Assembly: GCA_965279305.1 (NCBI GenBank)
Contig: OZ257143.1
Span: 1,620,001 to 1,652,000 of the forward strand
Length of the DNA: 32,000 bases
Direction: 5' to 3'
Source of the DNA: Gammaproteobacteria bacterium
GTDB lineage: Bacteria; Pseudomonadota; Gammaproteobacteria; JBIOEC01
The notes beneath the pieces are model-generated. The model saw only the letters and a program-made list of their open reading frames with translations. It was not told the origin of the DNA and did not search any database. Shown in pieces: positions 17,907 to 26,563 of the stretch. Within the stretch, counting starts at the first letter, position 1; the number at the start of each line of letters is the position of its first letter. A program made the position numbers and the translations under genes.

Positions 17907-17936
17907 ATTCTAAATGATAATGATTCTTATTTGCAA
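17907..17936 (-). promoter_or_regulatory. Candidate hmuR promoter (-35 TTGCAA, 18-nt spacer, -10 TAGAAT) with a Fur box in the spacer (17915-17929)
   Basis: 'TGATAATGATTCTTA' matches the Fur 7-1-7 inverted repeat TGATAAT-n-ATTATCA at 12 of 14 positions. It lies between the -35 and -10 candidates, about 40-70 nt upstream of the hmuR ATG. Confidence 0.6.
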
Positions 17937-17942
17937 GCCCTG

Positions 17943-18902
17943 CTAGTGAGCAGAGTAATAAAGAGAGGCAATGGCTTTGGTCGAGTCAGGCCAAGCATCT
18001 ATACTTCTTAATACTTGATCGACAGCTTCGGGGTTATTGCATAGCAGCACTAAATCACAGCCCGCTCTTAAAGAGAGCCGAACGCGTTCAGGGTAATTGC
18101 CCACCACTTCCAAGGCTTTCATGCTGACATCGTCACTAAAAATAACGCCCGTAAAACCTAAGCGCTGTCTTAATACGGTTTGGATCCAAAAAGAAGATAA
18201 TGTTGCAATGGCATCATTCATAGCAGGGTAAAGAATATGGGCGGTCATAATAGCCGCTAATAAACGTTCTTTGATTAATTCCTGGAAAGGATAAATATCG
18301 TTTTGTAACTCATCAAAAGTGCGATGATCGGTAGGCAAAGCCAAATGAGAATCTATCTCTACCCCACCATGGCCGGGAAAATGCTTACCCACCGCTTTCA
18401 TGCCTGCTGATAATAAGCCTTTGATATATTCTCTAGCCAAAATAACCACCTTAGCGGGATCTTGGTTAAAAGAACGACCACCGCGCAATACCACGCTTTG
18501 GCCATAATCCAAATCGAGCACCGGTGCATAATTTAAATCGATGCCTAAACTAACCAATTCGCTAGCTGCGGTTTGTCCCCATCTATAAGCTTCTTTAAGC
18601 GCATTGACGGGATCTTTTTCATAAAGCTCACCAATACTGCCCATAGCTGGAATAGTGGTAAAACCTTCGTGCCAGCGCTGTACCCTGCCACCTTCATGAT
18701 CCACGGACACTAATAAACGAGGTGAGCGCAAAGCGTGAATATCTTCGATAAGGGCTTTTAACTGGGTCTTATCTTTGAAATTACGGGTAAAGAGAATAAC
18801 GCCGCCAACCATAGGATGAGTCAGTCTTCTGCGATCGTCGGGGGTGAGAGTGGTGCCAGGGATATCAATAATCAGAGGGCCTAGTGATATCTGTGGCTTC
18901 AT
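17943..18902 (-). CDS. nagZ: Beta-N-acetylhexosaminidase NagZ (GH3, peptidoglycan recycling)
   Basis: GH3 motifs 'VDHEGGRVQR' and 'KHFPGHG'. 'GVIFSDDVSM' is typical of NagZ. Length 319 aa. Confidence 0.9.
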   Translation of the reverse strand: MKPQISLGPLIIDIPGTTLTPDDRRRLTHPMVGGVILFTRNFKDKTQLKALIEDIHALRSPRLLVSVDHEGGRVQRWHEGFTTIPAMGSIGELYEKDPVNALKEAYRWGQTAASELVSLGIDLNYAPVLDLDYGQSVVLRGGRSFNQDPAKVVILAREYIKGLLSAGMKAVGKHFPGHGGVEIDSHLALPTDHRTFDELQNDIYPFQELIKERLLAAIMTAHILYPAMNDAIATLSSFWIQTVLRQRLGFTGVIFSDDVSMKALEVVGNYPERVRLSLRAGCDLVLLCNNPEAVDQVLRSIDAWPDSTKAIASLYYSAH

Positions 18903-18905
18903 CCG

Positions 18906-19232
18906 CTATTCCTTCGGTGCATAGAAGGGAGCTGGAAAAGGCATTACATTACTCTTCTCAGGCACCTCAGAGATTTTGGCTACCCCTTCGCGTGCGACTT
19001 CATCAATACGTAAAATGGCTTGTAAGGGAATATAAGTGCGGATAACATCAGAGAATTCTTGGCGTAAACGCTCTTCGCCTGGATCGACAACTACGCTAGT
19101 AGACTCACCAAACATCAACTCTTCTGCCTCAATGAAGCCGAAAAGATGGCTTTGGAAAATGTCTTTTGCATAAATTTCGTACATCTTGCCCTGGTTAAAG
19201 AACAGGATTTTGTAAACTACTTGTTTTTCCAT
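18906..19232 (-). CDS. Small conserved protein, DUF1820-like
   Basis: My recollection of this family is a ~100-aa protein with 'YKI.F.NQGK.YEIYA...S.LFGFIE.EEL.FGE...VVDP.EERL..EF..V.RTYIP..A..RIDEV'. This ORF matches that pattern. It ends 3 nt before the nagZ start. Confidence 0.6.
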   Translation of the reverse strand: MEKQVVYKILFFNQGKMYEIYAKDIFQSHLFGFIEAEELMFGESTSVVVDPGEERLRQEFSDVIRTYIPLQAILRIDEVAREGVAKISEVPEKSNVMPFPAPFYAPKE

Positions 19233-19563
19233 GAGAGGCCTAACTATTAAGAATTAGATAATACTCCTGAAATTTTAACATGAAATCTAGGCAAGGGATA
19301 GGCTGACCTATATGAAAATAGCTAAATATCTGTATAAAAATTGACCTTAGCACCGGCCTACGACCAAGACTGATTCAGACTTTATACCTCTGTAGATAGG
19401 TAAATCACTGATTTTGCTCATTTTTACTAGTCAAATACCTCTTTTATTGCCAAACTTGATATACAAAACCTATTGAAGTGACAACTTAAGATATCAATGG
19501 GGATCGGCAGTTGGATAAGCAGTAAATAAGAGAAGTATCAAACTTAGATAAATAGAGGATGAT

Positions 19564-19785
19564 ATGATTCAATTTAAGCTATCTGATTTAGAACAGTGCT
19601 GGTTGCACGGGTTTAAGTCGTTCCATCAAAATGTTGATGAAACTGCTAACCCCTACACCGCAAACACTAAACAGGCGCATTACTGGCGCGAAGGCTGGTG
19701 GGAAGCTTGCTTTAATATCCACAACCTTAGTAATGTTTATAAAAACCACTATAACGCTACTAACATCAACCGCTTCGCTAGCTAA
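19564..19785 (+). CDS. Orphan 73-aa protein with Rmf/CrpP-like motif
   Basis: 'LE....HGF..........NPY-x9-W..GWWEA' parallels E. coli Rmf 'LERAHQRGY....CPY-x8-WLGGWREA'. GAGGA Shine-Dalgarno 6 nt upstream. The 3' end overlaps the convergent sufE by 8 nt. Confidence 0.55.
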   Translation: MIQFKLSDLEQCWLHGFKSFHQNVDETANPYTANTKQAHYWREGWWEACFNIHNLSNVYKNHYNATNINRFAS

Positions 19786-20197
19786 TCTTAGCCTGGGCTA
19801 AACGGCGCACAGTATTGATCATGGAATAAAATCCATTGGTTCGACTAGGCGTTAAGTGCTGGGCTAATCCCAATTCATTAAAAATATCTGGAATATCCAG
19901 GGCTAAAATGGTGGCAGGCGTTTGGTTATTGCACAAAATAAACACAATCGCTATCAGCCCTTTAACAATAAAGGCATCGCTATCACCCCAGAACCTCAAG
20001 GTTTTCTCCTCGTTTTGCTCTGCGGTAATCCACACTTGTGAAGCGCAACCTCTTACCTTATGGGCATCGTTTCTAGCCTCTTCAGGGAAAGGCGGCAACT
20101 TCTTGCCCAGATCAATCAAGTAGGCATACCGCTGCTCCCAGTCATCAAAAACCTTAAACTGTTCAATCAATGCTTCTGGGGTTAGGTGTGGTAACAT
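19778..20197 (-). CDS. sufE: Cysteine desulfuration sulfur-acceptor protein SufE/CsdE family
   Basis: Close resemblance to E. coli SufE, including the active-site Cys context 'RGCASQVWI', plus 'GDSDAFIVKGLIAIVFIL' and 'QHLTPSRTNG'. Confidence 0.88.
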   Translation of the reverse strand: MLPHLTPEALIEQFKVFDDWEQRYAYLIDLGKKLPPFPEEARNDAHKVRGCASQVWITAEQNEEKTLRFWGDSDAFIVKGLIAIVFILCNNQTPATILALDIPDIFNELGLAQHLTPSRTNGFYSMINTVRRLAQAKIS

Positions 20198-20203
20198 AAT
20201 GAT

Positions 20204-20323
20204 ATGGCTATTCTTAAAAAATACAAATCTTGGGCTTGGTTTATCGGGCTGTATGCAGCTGGAATGCTAGGTATGCTCTTGCTGGCCAGCAGCATTAAAT
20301 GGCTATTCACCCTCTTTTCCTAA
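20204..20323 (+). CDS. Candidate 39-aa single-TM mini-protein ([39 protein letters not shown]), possibly DUF2474-like; absent from the supplied ORF track
   Basis: My own translation gives ATG at 20204 through TAA at 20321-20323. It has a basic N-terminus followed by one ~22-residue hydrophobic helix. The ORF fills the whole sufE/purF gap, and this gap lacks the A/T-run character of other intergenic regions in the window. No clear Shine-Dalgarno sequence. Confidence 0.4.
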   Translation: MAILKKYKSWAWFIGLYAAGMLGMLLLASSIKWLFTLFS

Positions 20324-21798
20324 AAGTAGAAAGAAGGCGATTGTTTAGCACTATCATTACGTTTGCTAGATAAATGCTCCAAATACGCTTTATCTATATC
20401 GCCTGTAATATATTCCCCGGTAAAAATAGAGCATTCAAACTGCTTAAGCTCAGGGTTTAGCTGTTGCACGCTATCAATGAGGTCATCCAAATCTTGATAG
20501 AATAATTTATCAGCACCCAAAAACTCTCGAATTTCTTCATCCGTACGATTATGCGCAATAAGCTCATCTACTGCCGGCATATCAATACCGTACACATTAG
20601 GGTAACGGATTTGAGGAGACGCTGAAGCAAAATATACTTTTTTAGCACCGGCTAATCGTGCCATTTGAATGATCTGTTGGCTGGTCGTTCCACGCACAAT
20701 AGAGTCATCCATCAATAAGACATTTTTGCCTGCAAATTCATCGGTAATAGCATTTAGCTTTTGGCGAACCGATTTTTTGCGCAATTTCTGGCCAGGCATA
20801 ATAAAGGTACGACCAATATAACGATTTTTAACAAACCCTTCTCTTAACTCTACACCGAGCACTTGAGCTAAAGGAAGTGCCGATGTACGGCTAGTATCGG
20901 GAATAGGCATTACCACATCAATATCATGATCAGGCCATTCTTTTAAAATTTTCTCACCTAATTTAAGCCCCATATTTAAACGAGCTTTATAAACCGATAC
21001 ATTAGAAATAATAGAGTCAGGACGTGCTAAATACACATATTCAAAAATACAGGGCGTGTGTTCTGCTTTAGTGCAACGACGCTGGTGTAATTGCCCTTTC
21101 GCATCAATAAATACCGCTTCACCTGGCTGCACATCGCTAATGCGAGTAAAGCCTAATACGTCTAACGCTACACTTTCAGAAGCCAGCATATATTCACGAC
21201 CTTCTGGTGTTTCACGATAACCATAAACTAAAGGTCTAATACCATGAGGATCGGTAAAGCCTAAAACACCTTGGCCGGTAATCATAACAATAGCCGCATA
21301 AGCCCCTAAACAGCGTTTATGCACTGCGGTCACGGTATCGAATAAAATATCAGGGGTTAAAGTTTGAGAAACGCGAGCCTGCAGCTCATGTGCAAACACG
21401 TTTAATAAAATTTCAGAATCTGAGCCCGTATTAATATGGCGTAAATCGGTGCGAAATAAATCTTCTCTGAGAGCATCCGCATTGGTTAACGTGCCGTTAT
21501 GCGCTAAGGTAAGCCCATAAGGTGAATTGACATAAAAAGGTTGAGCTTCTGCTTCGCAGCTGCTACCCGCAGTAGGATAACGAGTATGCCCCATTCCCAT
21601 TGTGCCTTTTAAATAAAGCATATGTTCGTTGCGAAATACGTCACGAACTAAACCGTTGGCTTTTCTAAGATATAAGTGAGCTTGATCTGATGTAGCAATA
21701 CCCGCAGCGTCTTGTCCACGATGTTGGAGCACCATTAAGGCGTCGTAAAGATCCTGATTAACAGGATGATGAGCGACAATTCCTACGATTCCACACAT
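20320..21798 (-). CDS. purF: Amidophosphoribosyltransferase
   Basis: N-terminal nucleophile 'MCGIVGIV'. GATase-2 domain and PRTase motif '[13 protein letters not shown]'. Lies downstream of cvpA, as in E. coli. Confidence 0.93.
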   Translation of the reverse strand: MCGIVGIVAHHPVNQDLYDALMVLQHRGQDAAGIATSDQAHLYLRKANGLVRDVFRNEHMLYLKGTMGMGHTRYPTAGSSCEAEAQPFYVNSPYGLTLAHNGTLTNADALREDLFRTDLRHINTGSDSEILLNVFAHELQARVSQTLTPDILFDTVTAVHKRCLGAYAAIVMITGQGVLGFTDPHGIRPLVYGYRETPEGREYMLASESVALDVLGFTRISDVQPGEAVFIDAKGQLHQRRCTKAEHTPCIFEYVYLARPDSIISNVSVYKARLNMGLKLGEKILKEWPDHDIDVVMPIPDTSRTSALPLAQVLGVELREGFVKNRYIGRTFIMPGQKLRKKSVRQKLNAITDEFAGKNVLLMDDSIVRGTTSQQIIQMARLAGAKKVYFASASPQIRYPNVYGIDMPAVDELIAHNRTDEEIREFLGADKLFYQDLDDLIDSVQQLNPELKQFECSIFTGEYITGDIDKAYLEHLSSKRNDSAKQSPSFYF

Positions 21799-21880
21799 AC
21801 GTTTTGCTACCTATGACGGGACAAATAAGGAAGTGCCATTATACACCCAATAGTGGCTATTGCGCTAGTTTTATAAGTGA

Positions 21881-22567
21881 CTATTGAGTTTTCGTATGTG
21901 CAATCGGTTGGGCAGGCTGCACTTTTCCTGGGTAAGAAAAAGAAGGTGTTGCCGGTTGTTGAGCTGCTGGTGGCTGCTGAGGAACAGCAGGTGCCGGTGG
22001 CTTTTCCGTTAGCGCTTTAGGAGGCGCTGCTAACATAGATTTTTTTTCTTCTTTATTTTCATTAGGCTTTAATGCTTTCACCCAAGCCAAAGTAGCCTCT
22101 TGAGGCACAAAAGATAAAGTCCATTGAGTAAATGGTTGTAGCGCAGGAATCAACTTAGCTTCATTCCATACGGGTTGATTAACTAGAGGAGTAAGACCAG
22201 CCGCAATAATCAGAATCACACTAATAAAAACGCCTCTTAATACACCAAATATACTACCTAATAATCTATCAGTGCCACTCAAACCACTGCCGTTAATTAA
22301 TTGGCCCACGGCATAATTAATGAGACTTCCTAAAATAATAGTGGCAATAAAAAGGCCAGCAAATGCCGCCATAATTCGAATTTCATTAGAGCCAATATGA
22401 TCCGCAAGCCAAATAGAAAGCGCAGGCGTGAAATGAACAGCCACTAAAATAGCAATTAACCAGGTCAGCAGAGAAAAAATTTCACGCGTAAAACCGCGTA
22501 TTAAACTAATCACCGTGGATAAGGTAATAACCGCTATCAGAAACCAATCAATCCACGTAACATCCAT
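21881..22567 (-). CDS. cvpA: CvpA-family inner-membrane protein with Pro/Gln/Ala-rich C-terminal tail
   Basis: Four TM segments with a CvpA-like N-terminus ('IDWFLIAVITLSTVISLIRGFTREIFSLL'). Follows the dedD-cvpA-purF order. The ~65-aa tail 'PPKALTEKPPAPAVPQQPPAAQQPATP' is extra relative to E. coli CvpA. Confidence 0.85.
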   Translation of the reverse strand: MDVTWIDWFLIAVITLSTVISLIRGFTREIFSLLTWLIAILVAVHFTPALSIWLADHIGSNEIRIMAAFAGLFIATIILGSLINYAVGQLINGSGLSGTDRLLGSIFGVLRGVFISVILIIAAGLTPLVNQPVWNEAKLIPALQPFTQWTLSFVPQEATLAWVKALKPNENKEEKKSMLAAPPKALTEKPPAPAVPQQPPAAQQPATPSFSYPGKVQPAQPIAHTKTQ

Positions 22568-22569
22568 TT

Positions 22570-23073
22570 TTACCCTCTTTGATTTACATCACCCAATACA
22601 TATAAAATAGGCTCATAAGGAACCACAACACCTTTCAATTGAAGTTGTTCATTCAATTGTTGCTGCACGGTATGCGCATTTGCCGCTGCTAATTCAGGCC
22701 CCACTAATACATTATACAAATCACTGTCTGATGCTTGCAAATAAGCCGCATAACCCTGTTGCTGCAATTTTTGCTCTAATTGTTTTGCAATAGCTGGATC
22801 AGAAAAAGATCCTACACGAATACTCCATGCTTCAGCACCTTCTTCAGACACGGCATAAGATAATGCTTCCGCTCTTGCTACATTGCCAGCCGGTGTATTT
22901 TTACTATGAGATAATTGTTGATTTAAAGCCACTTGATAAGGATGTGAAGTAACATCTCTGTATTCAGGTGTTAGCAATACGGTATTATTGCCATCGAATA
23001 CAGCGGGTATTACGGCGTTAGCTAAGCTTAATAGAAATAGGGCACCTAAGAGGCGCTGTTTTAAAAAGTCCAT
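22570..23073 (-). CDS. dedD: SPOR-domain cell-division protein (DedD-like)
   Basis: N-terminal hydrophobic anchor. C-terminal SPOR repeat 'WSIRVGSFSDPAIAKQLEQKLQQQGYAAYL...LYNVLVGP'. Sits in the folC-dedD-cvpA position. Confidence 0.75.
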   Translation of the reverse strand: MDFLKQRLLGALFLLSLANAVIPAVFDGNNTVLLTPEYRDVTSHPYQVALNQQLSHSKNTPAGNVARAEALSYAVSEEGAEAWSIRVGSFSDPAIAKQLEQKLQQQGYAAYLQASDSDLYNVLVGPELAAANAHTVQQQLNEQLQLKGVVVPYEPILYVLGDVNQRG

Positions 23074-23107
23074 TTTTTTTCTTCCTTTACTTCATCCATG
23101 AAAAAAC

Positions 23108-24361
23108 TCAAATGATGATTTGAGCGACTGTGTGAAACGAACCAAAAATAACCAGCTTCGTTCTTTCTTTTACCTTTGCTTCTGCTAAGGCAACTTCAAA
23201 TGCTTTTTTAATACTGGGATGCACATGTACTGTGGTATTTACCTGCGAAGAAACTATTTTACCTAGCTCTTGCGCACTCAATCCACGATCCACATCCAAA
23301 CCTGAAACATGCCACTCATCAATGGTGTTGTTCATCGCTTTAACACAAGCACTAATGTCCTTGTCTTTCAGCATACTAAAAACCGCTACCGTATGATAAG
23401 AAGGATTTTTTTCCTTTTCACCCTTCAGCGCGGCCGACAATTCTACAACACCTTGAGGGTTGTGCGCTACATCAAACATTTGCCACACGGGCTCAGTGAT
23501 CACTTGCTGCCGTCCTGGCAAGTGGCATTTTTTTAATGCCGCCTTAATATGATCAAGAGAAACCAGCAATTCATGCTGAAGTAACTCAACTACCATTAAG
23601 CTTAGCGCAATATTATCAACTAGCAAGTGATTTTTGGGTATATCGTTAAAAATATTTTTAGCACTTTTCCAGGTGAAAACATCATGATCTTTACTTGTCA
23701 CTTCAAATTGATCACCGAGTGTAAAAACGGTGCAGTTTAAATTCTTGGCGGCTTCATCAATATTGTTTGGCAGGTGACGCCCTGCCACCAATGGGATCTT
23801 TTTTCTTAAAATGCCGGCTTTCTCTATGGCTATTTTTTCTACTGTATCGCCTAACCACTCTTGGTGATCTAAACTCACCGTCGTAATGACGGCTACATCG
23901 GGATCAATAATATTCACAGCATCCAAACGCCCGCCCATTCCCACTTCGAGTATCACAATGTCTAAACTCGCTTCCTGGAAGATATAAAATGCAGCCAATG
24001 TCGTAAATTCAAAATAAGTGAGACTCACATCCCCTCTTACTTGTTCAATTTTTTCAAACACTTCACATAACTTTTCTTCGTCAATTACGCGACTATTAAT
24101 CGCGATACGCTCTGAAAAATGCCATAAATGTGGCGAAGTGTATGCACCTACTTGATAACCTGCTTCGCTATAAATAGATGCTAAGCTAGTGACACAGGTT
24201 CCTTTTCCATTGGTTCCTGTCACTGTCACCACATGTGAAGCGATTTTTTGAATGCCTAAGGTATGCGCTACTTCGCGCACACGCTCTAGCCCCAAATCAA
24301 TAGACTTAGGGTGCAGCGTTTCTAAATAGGAAAGCCATTGCGAGAGATTTTTATTTGGCAT
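23108..24361 (-). CDS. folC: Bifunctional folylpolyglutamate synthase / dihydrofolate synthase
   Basis: Mur-ligase P-loop 'VTGTNGKGT'. 'YFEFTTLAAF' and 'ILEVGMGGRLDAVN' motifs. Starts 2 nt after accD. Confidence 0.9.
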   Translation of the reverse strand: MPNKNLSQWLSYLETLHPKSIDLGLERVREVAHTLGIQKIASHVVTVTGTNGKGTCVTSLASIYSEAGYQVGAYTSPHLWHFSERIAINSRVIDEEKLCEVFEKIEQVRGDVSLTYFEFTTLAAFYIFQEASLDIVILEVGMGGRLDAVNIIDPDVAVITTVSLDHQEWLGDTVEKIAIEKAGILRKKIPLVAGRHLPNNIDEAAKNLNCTVFTLGDQFEVTSKDHDVFTWKSAKNIFNDIPKNHLLVDNIALSLMVVELLQHELLVSLDHIKAALKKCHLPGRQQVITEPVWQMFDVAHNPQGVVELSAALKGEKEKNPSYHTVAVFSMLKDKDISACVKAMNNTIDEWHVSGLDVDRGLSAQELGKIVSSQVNTTVHVHPSIKKAFEVALAEAKVKERTKLVIFGSFHTVAQIII

Positions 24362-24363
24362 AT

Positions 24364-25227
24364 TTACTGTGGGCTTGGTAAGTGCATCATCTTAGCTAAC
24401 AAACGAGCGATGGTATCGCGCATATCACGTCTGTCTACAATCATATCCACAAAACCATGTGTTAATAAAAATTCACTTTGTTGGAAACCTGCAGGCAACA
24501 CTTGGCGTACCGTTTGTTCAATAACGCGCGGGCCTGTAAAACCAATCATGGCTTTAGGCTCTGCAATATTAATATCGCCTAACATTGCCAAACTGGCGGT
24601 AACACCACCATAAGTCGGATCGGTTAATATACAAATATAAGGCAAGCCATTAGCGCTAAGTTTAGCCAAAGCAGCACTGGTTTTTGCCATTTGTAATAAT
24701 GACAAAACTGACTCTTGCATACGCGCACCCCCACTGGTGGCAAAGCAAATAAAAGGGGTACGGTTTTTTAAAGCTTCTTCTACACCTATCACAAAGCGCT
24801 CACCCACGGCAGTTCCCATGGAGCCACCAATAAAACTAAATTCAAACGCAGTAGCCACTAAGTCTACGCCTTTTACCTTGCCTCTAAATACCAATAAAGC
24901 ATCTTTTTCGCCCGTGGCTTTTTGAGCCGCTAAAATTCGGTCTTTATATTTTTTGCTGTCTTTAAATTTCAAGGGATCGCCAGAGACTACGTCTTGAGCC
25001 AGCTCCTGACCCGAACCTTCGTCCAAAAACATCATCAGACGTTGTCTAGCGCCCACACGCATATGAAAGCTACATTTAGGGCATACCTCTAGGTTACGCT
25101 CTAAATCTTTAGCGTAGAGCACCTCAGAGCAATTTGGGCATGTACGCCAAATTCCTTCAGGGAACGCTTTCTTACGCTCAGTAGACTCTGTGCGTATTTT
25201 AGGGATAATCTTTTTTAGCCACGTCAT
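24364..25227 (-). CDS. accD: Acetyl-CoA carboxylase carboxyltransferase beta subunit
   Basis: N-terminal Zn-ribbon 'CPNCSEVLY...CPKCSFH'. Carboxyltransferase core '[14 protein letters not shown]' and 'SGGARMQE'. Confidence 0.93.
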   Translation of the reverse strand: MTWLKKIIPKIRTESTERKKAFPEGIWRTCPNCSEVLYAKDLERNLEVCPKCSFHMRVGARQRLMMFLDEGSGQELAQDVVSGDPLKFKDSKKYKDRILAAQKATGEKDALLVFRGKVKGVDLVATAFEFSFIGGSMGTAVGERFVIGVEEALKNRTPFICFATSGGARMQESVLSLLQMAKTSAALAKLSANGLPYICILTDPTYGGVTASLAMLGDINIAEPKAMIGFTGPRVIEQTVRQVLPAGFQQSEFLLTHGFVDMIVDRRDMRDTIARLLAKMMHLPSPQ

Positions 25228-25369
25228 GGGGTAAATCCTCTCATTTCTAACCCATTAGCATAGCGGATCTGGCCAATTCTGGCTAGACCACCCTTATTTG
25301 AGACATTTTTAAAGTGCTCTTTATTTATTCAGTAGAAATCCCTACAATGCTGGCAAGGAATAGCATTAA

Positions 25370-26335
<966 letters not shown>

Positions 26336-26344
26336 GGAAAAAGT

Positions 26345-26563
26345 ATGTCAAAAGAAGATCAAATAGAAATGAAAGGAACGGTTGTTGAAACCTTACCTAA
26401 TACCATGTTCCGCGTGGAACTGGAAAATGGCCATATGATCACGGCACATATTTCCGGCAAAATGCGTAAAAACTATATACGCATTTTAACCGGGGATAAA
26501 GTAGTGGTTGAAATGACCCCTTACGATTTAACAAAAGGCCGCATTATCTACAGAGACATTTGA
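26345..26563 (+). CDS. infA: Translation initiation factor IF-1
   Basis: Near-identical to E. coli IF-1 over '[35 protein letters not shown]'. Length 72 aa. Starts 9 nt after trxB. Confidence 0.95.
   Translation: MSKEDQIEMKGTVVETLPNTMFRVELENGHMITAHISGKMRKNYIRILTGDKVVVEMTPYDLTKGRIIYRDI

Noticed and set aside
11223-17942. The heme uptake locus considered as a horizontally acquired island.
   Set aside because: No flanking tRNA, integrase, IS element or direct repeats. By eye, base composition and codon style match the neighbouring housekeeping genes. The locus is embedded between nagZ and a permease with no obvious junction scars. I cannot compute composition statistics here.
21835-21857. GCCATTA-N9-TAGTGGC imperfect hairpin overlapping a perfect minus-strand TATAAT (21838-21843) between cvpA and purF.
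   Set aside because: The two readings conflict: a weak terminator after cvpA or an internal purF promoter. There is no good -35 hexamer, and the stem contains a G-U pair and is short. In E. coli cvpA-purF is a single operon. The question cannot be resolved from sequence alone.
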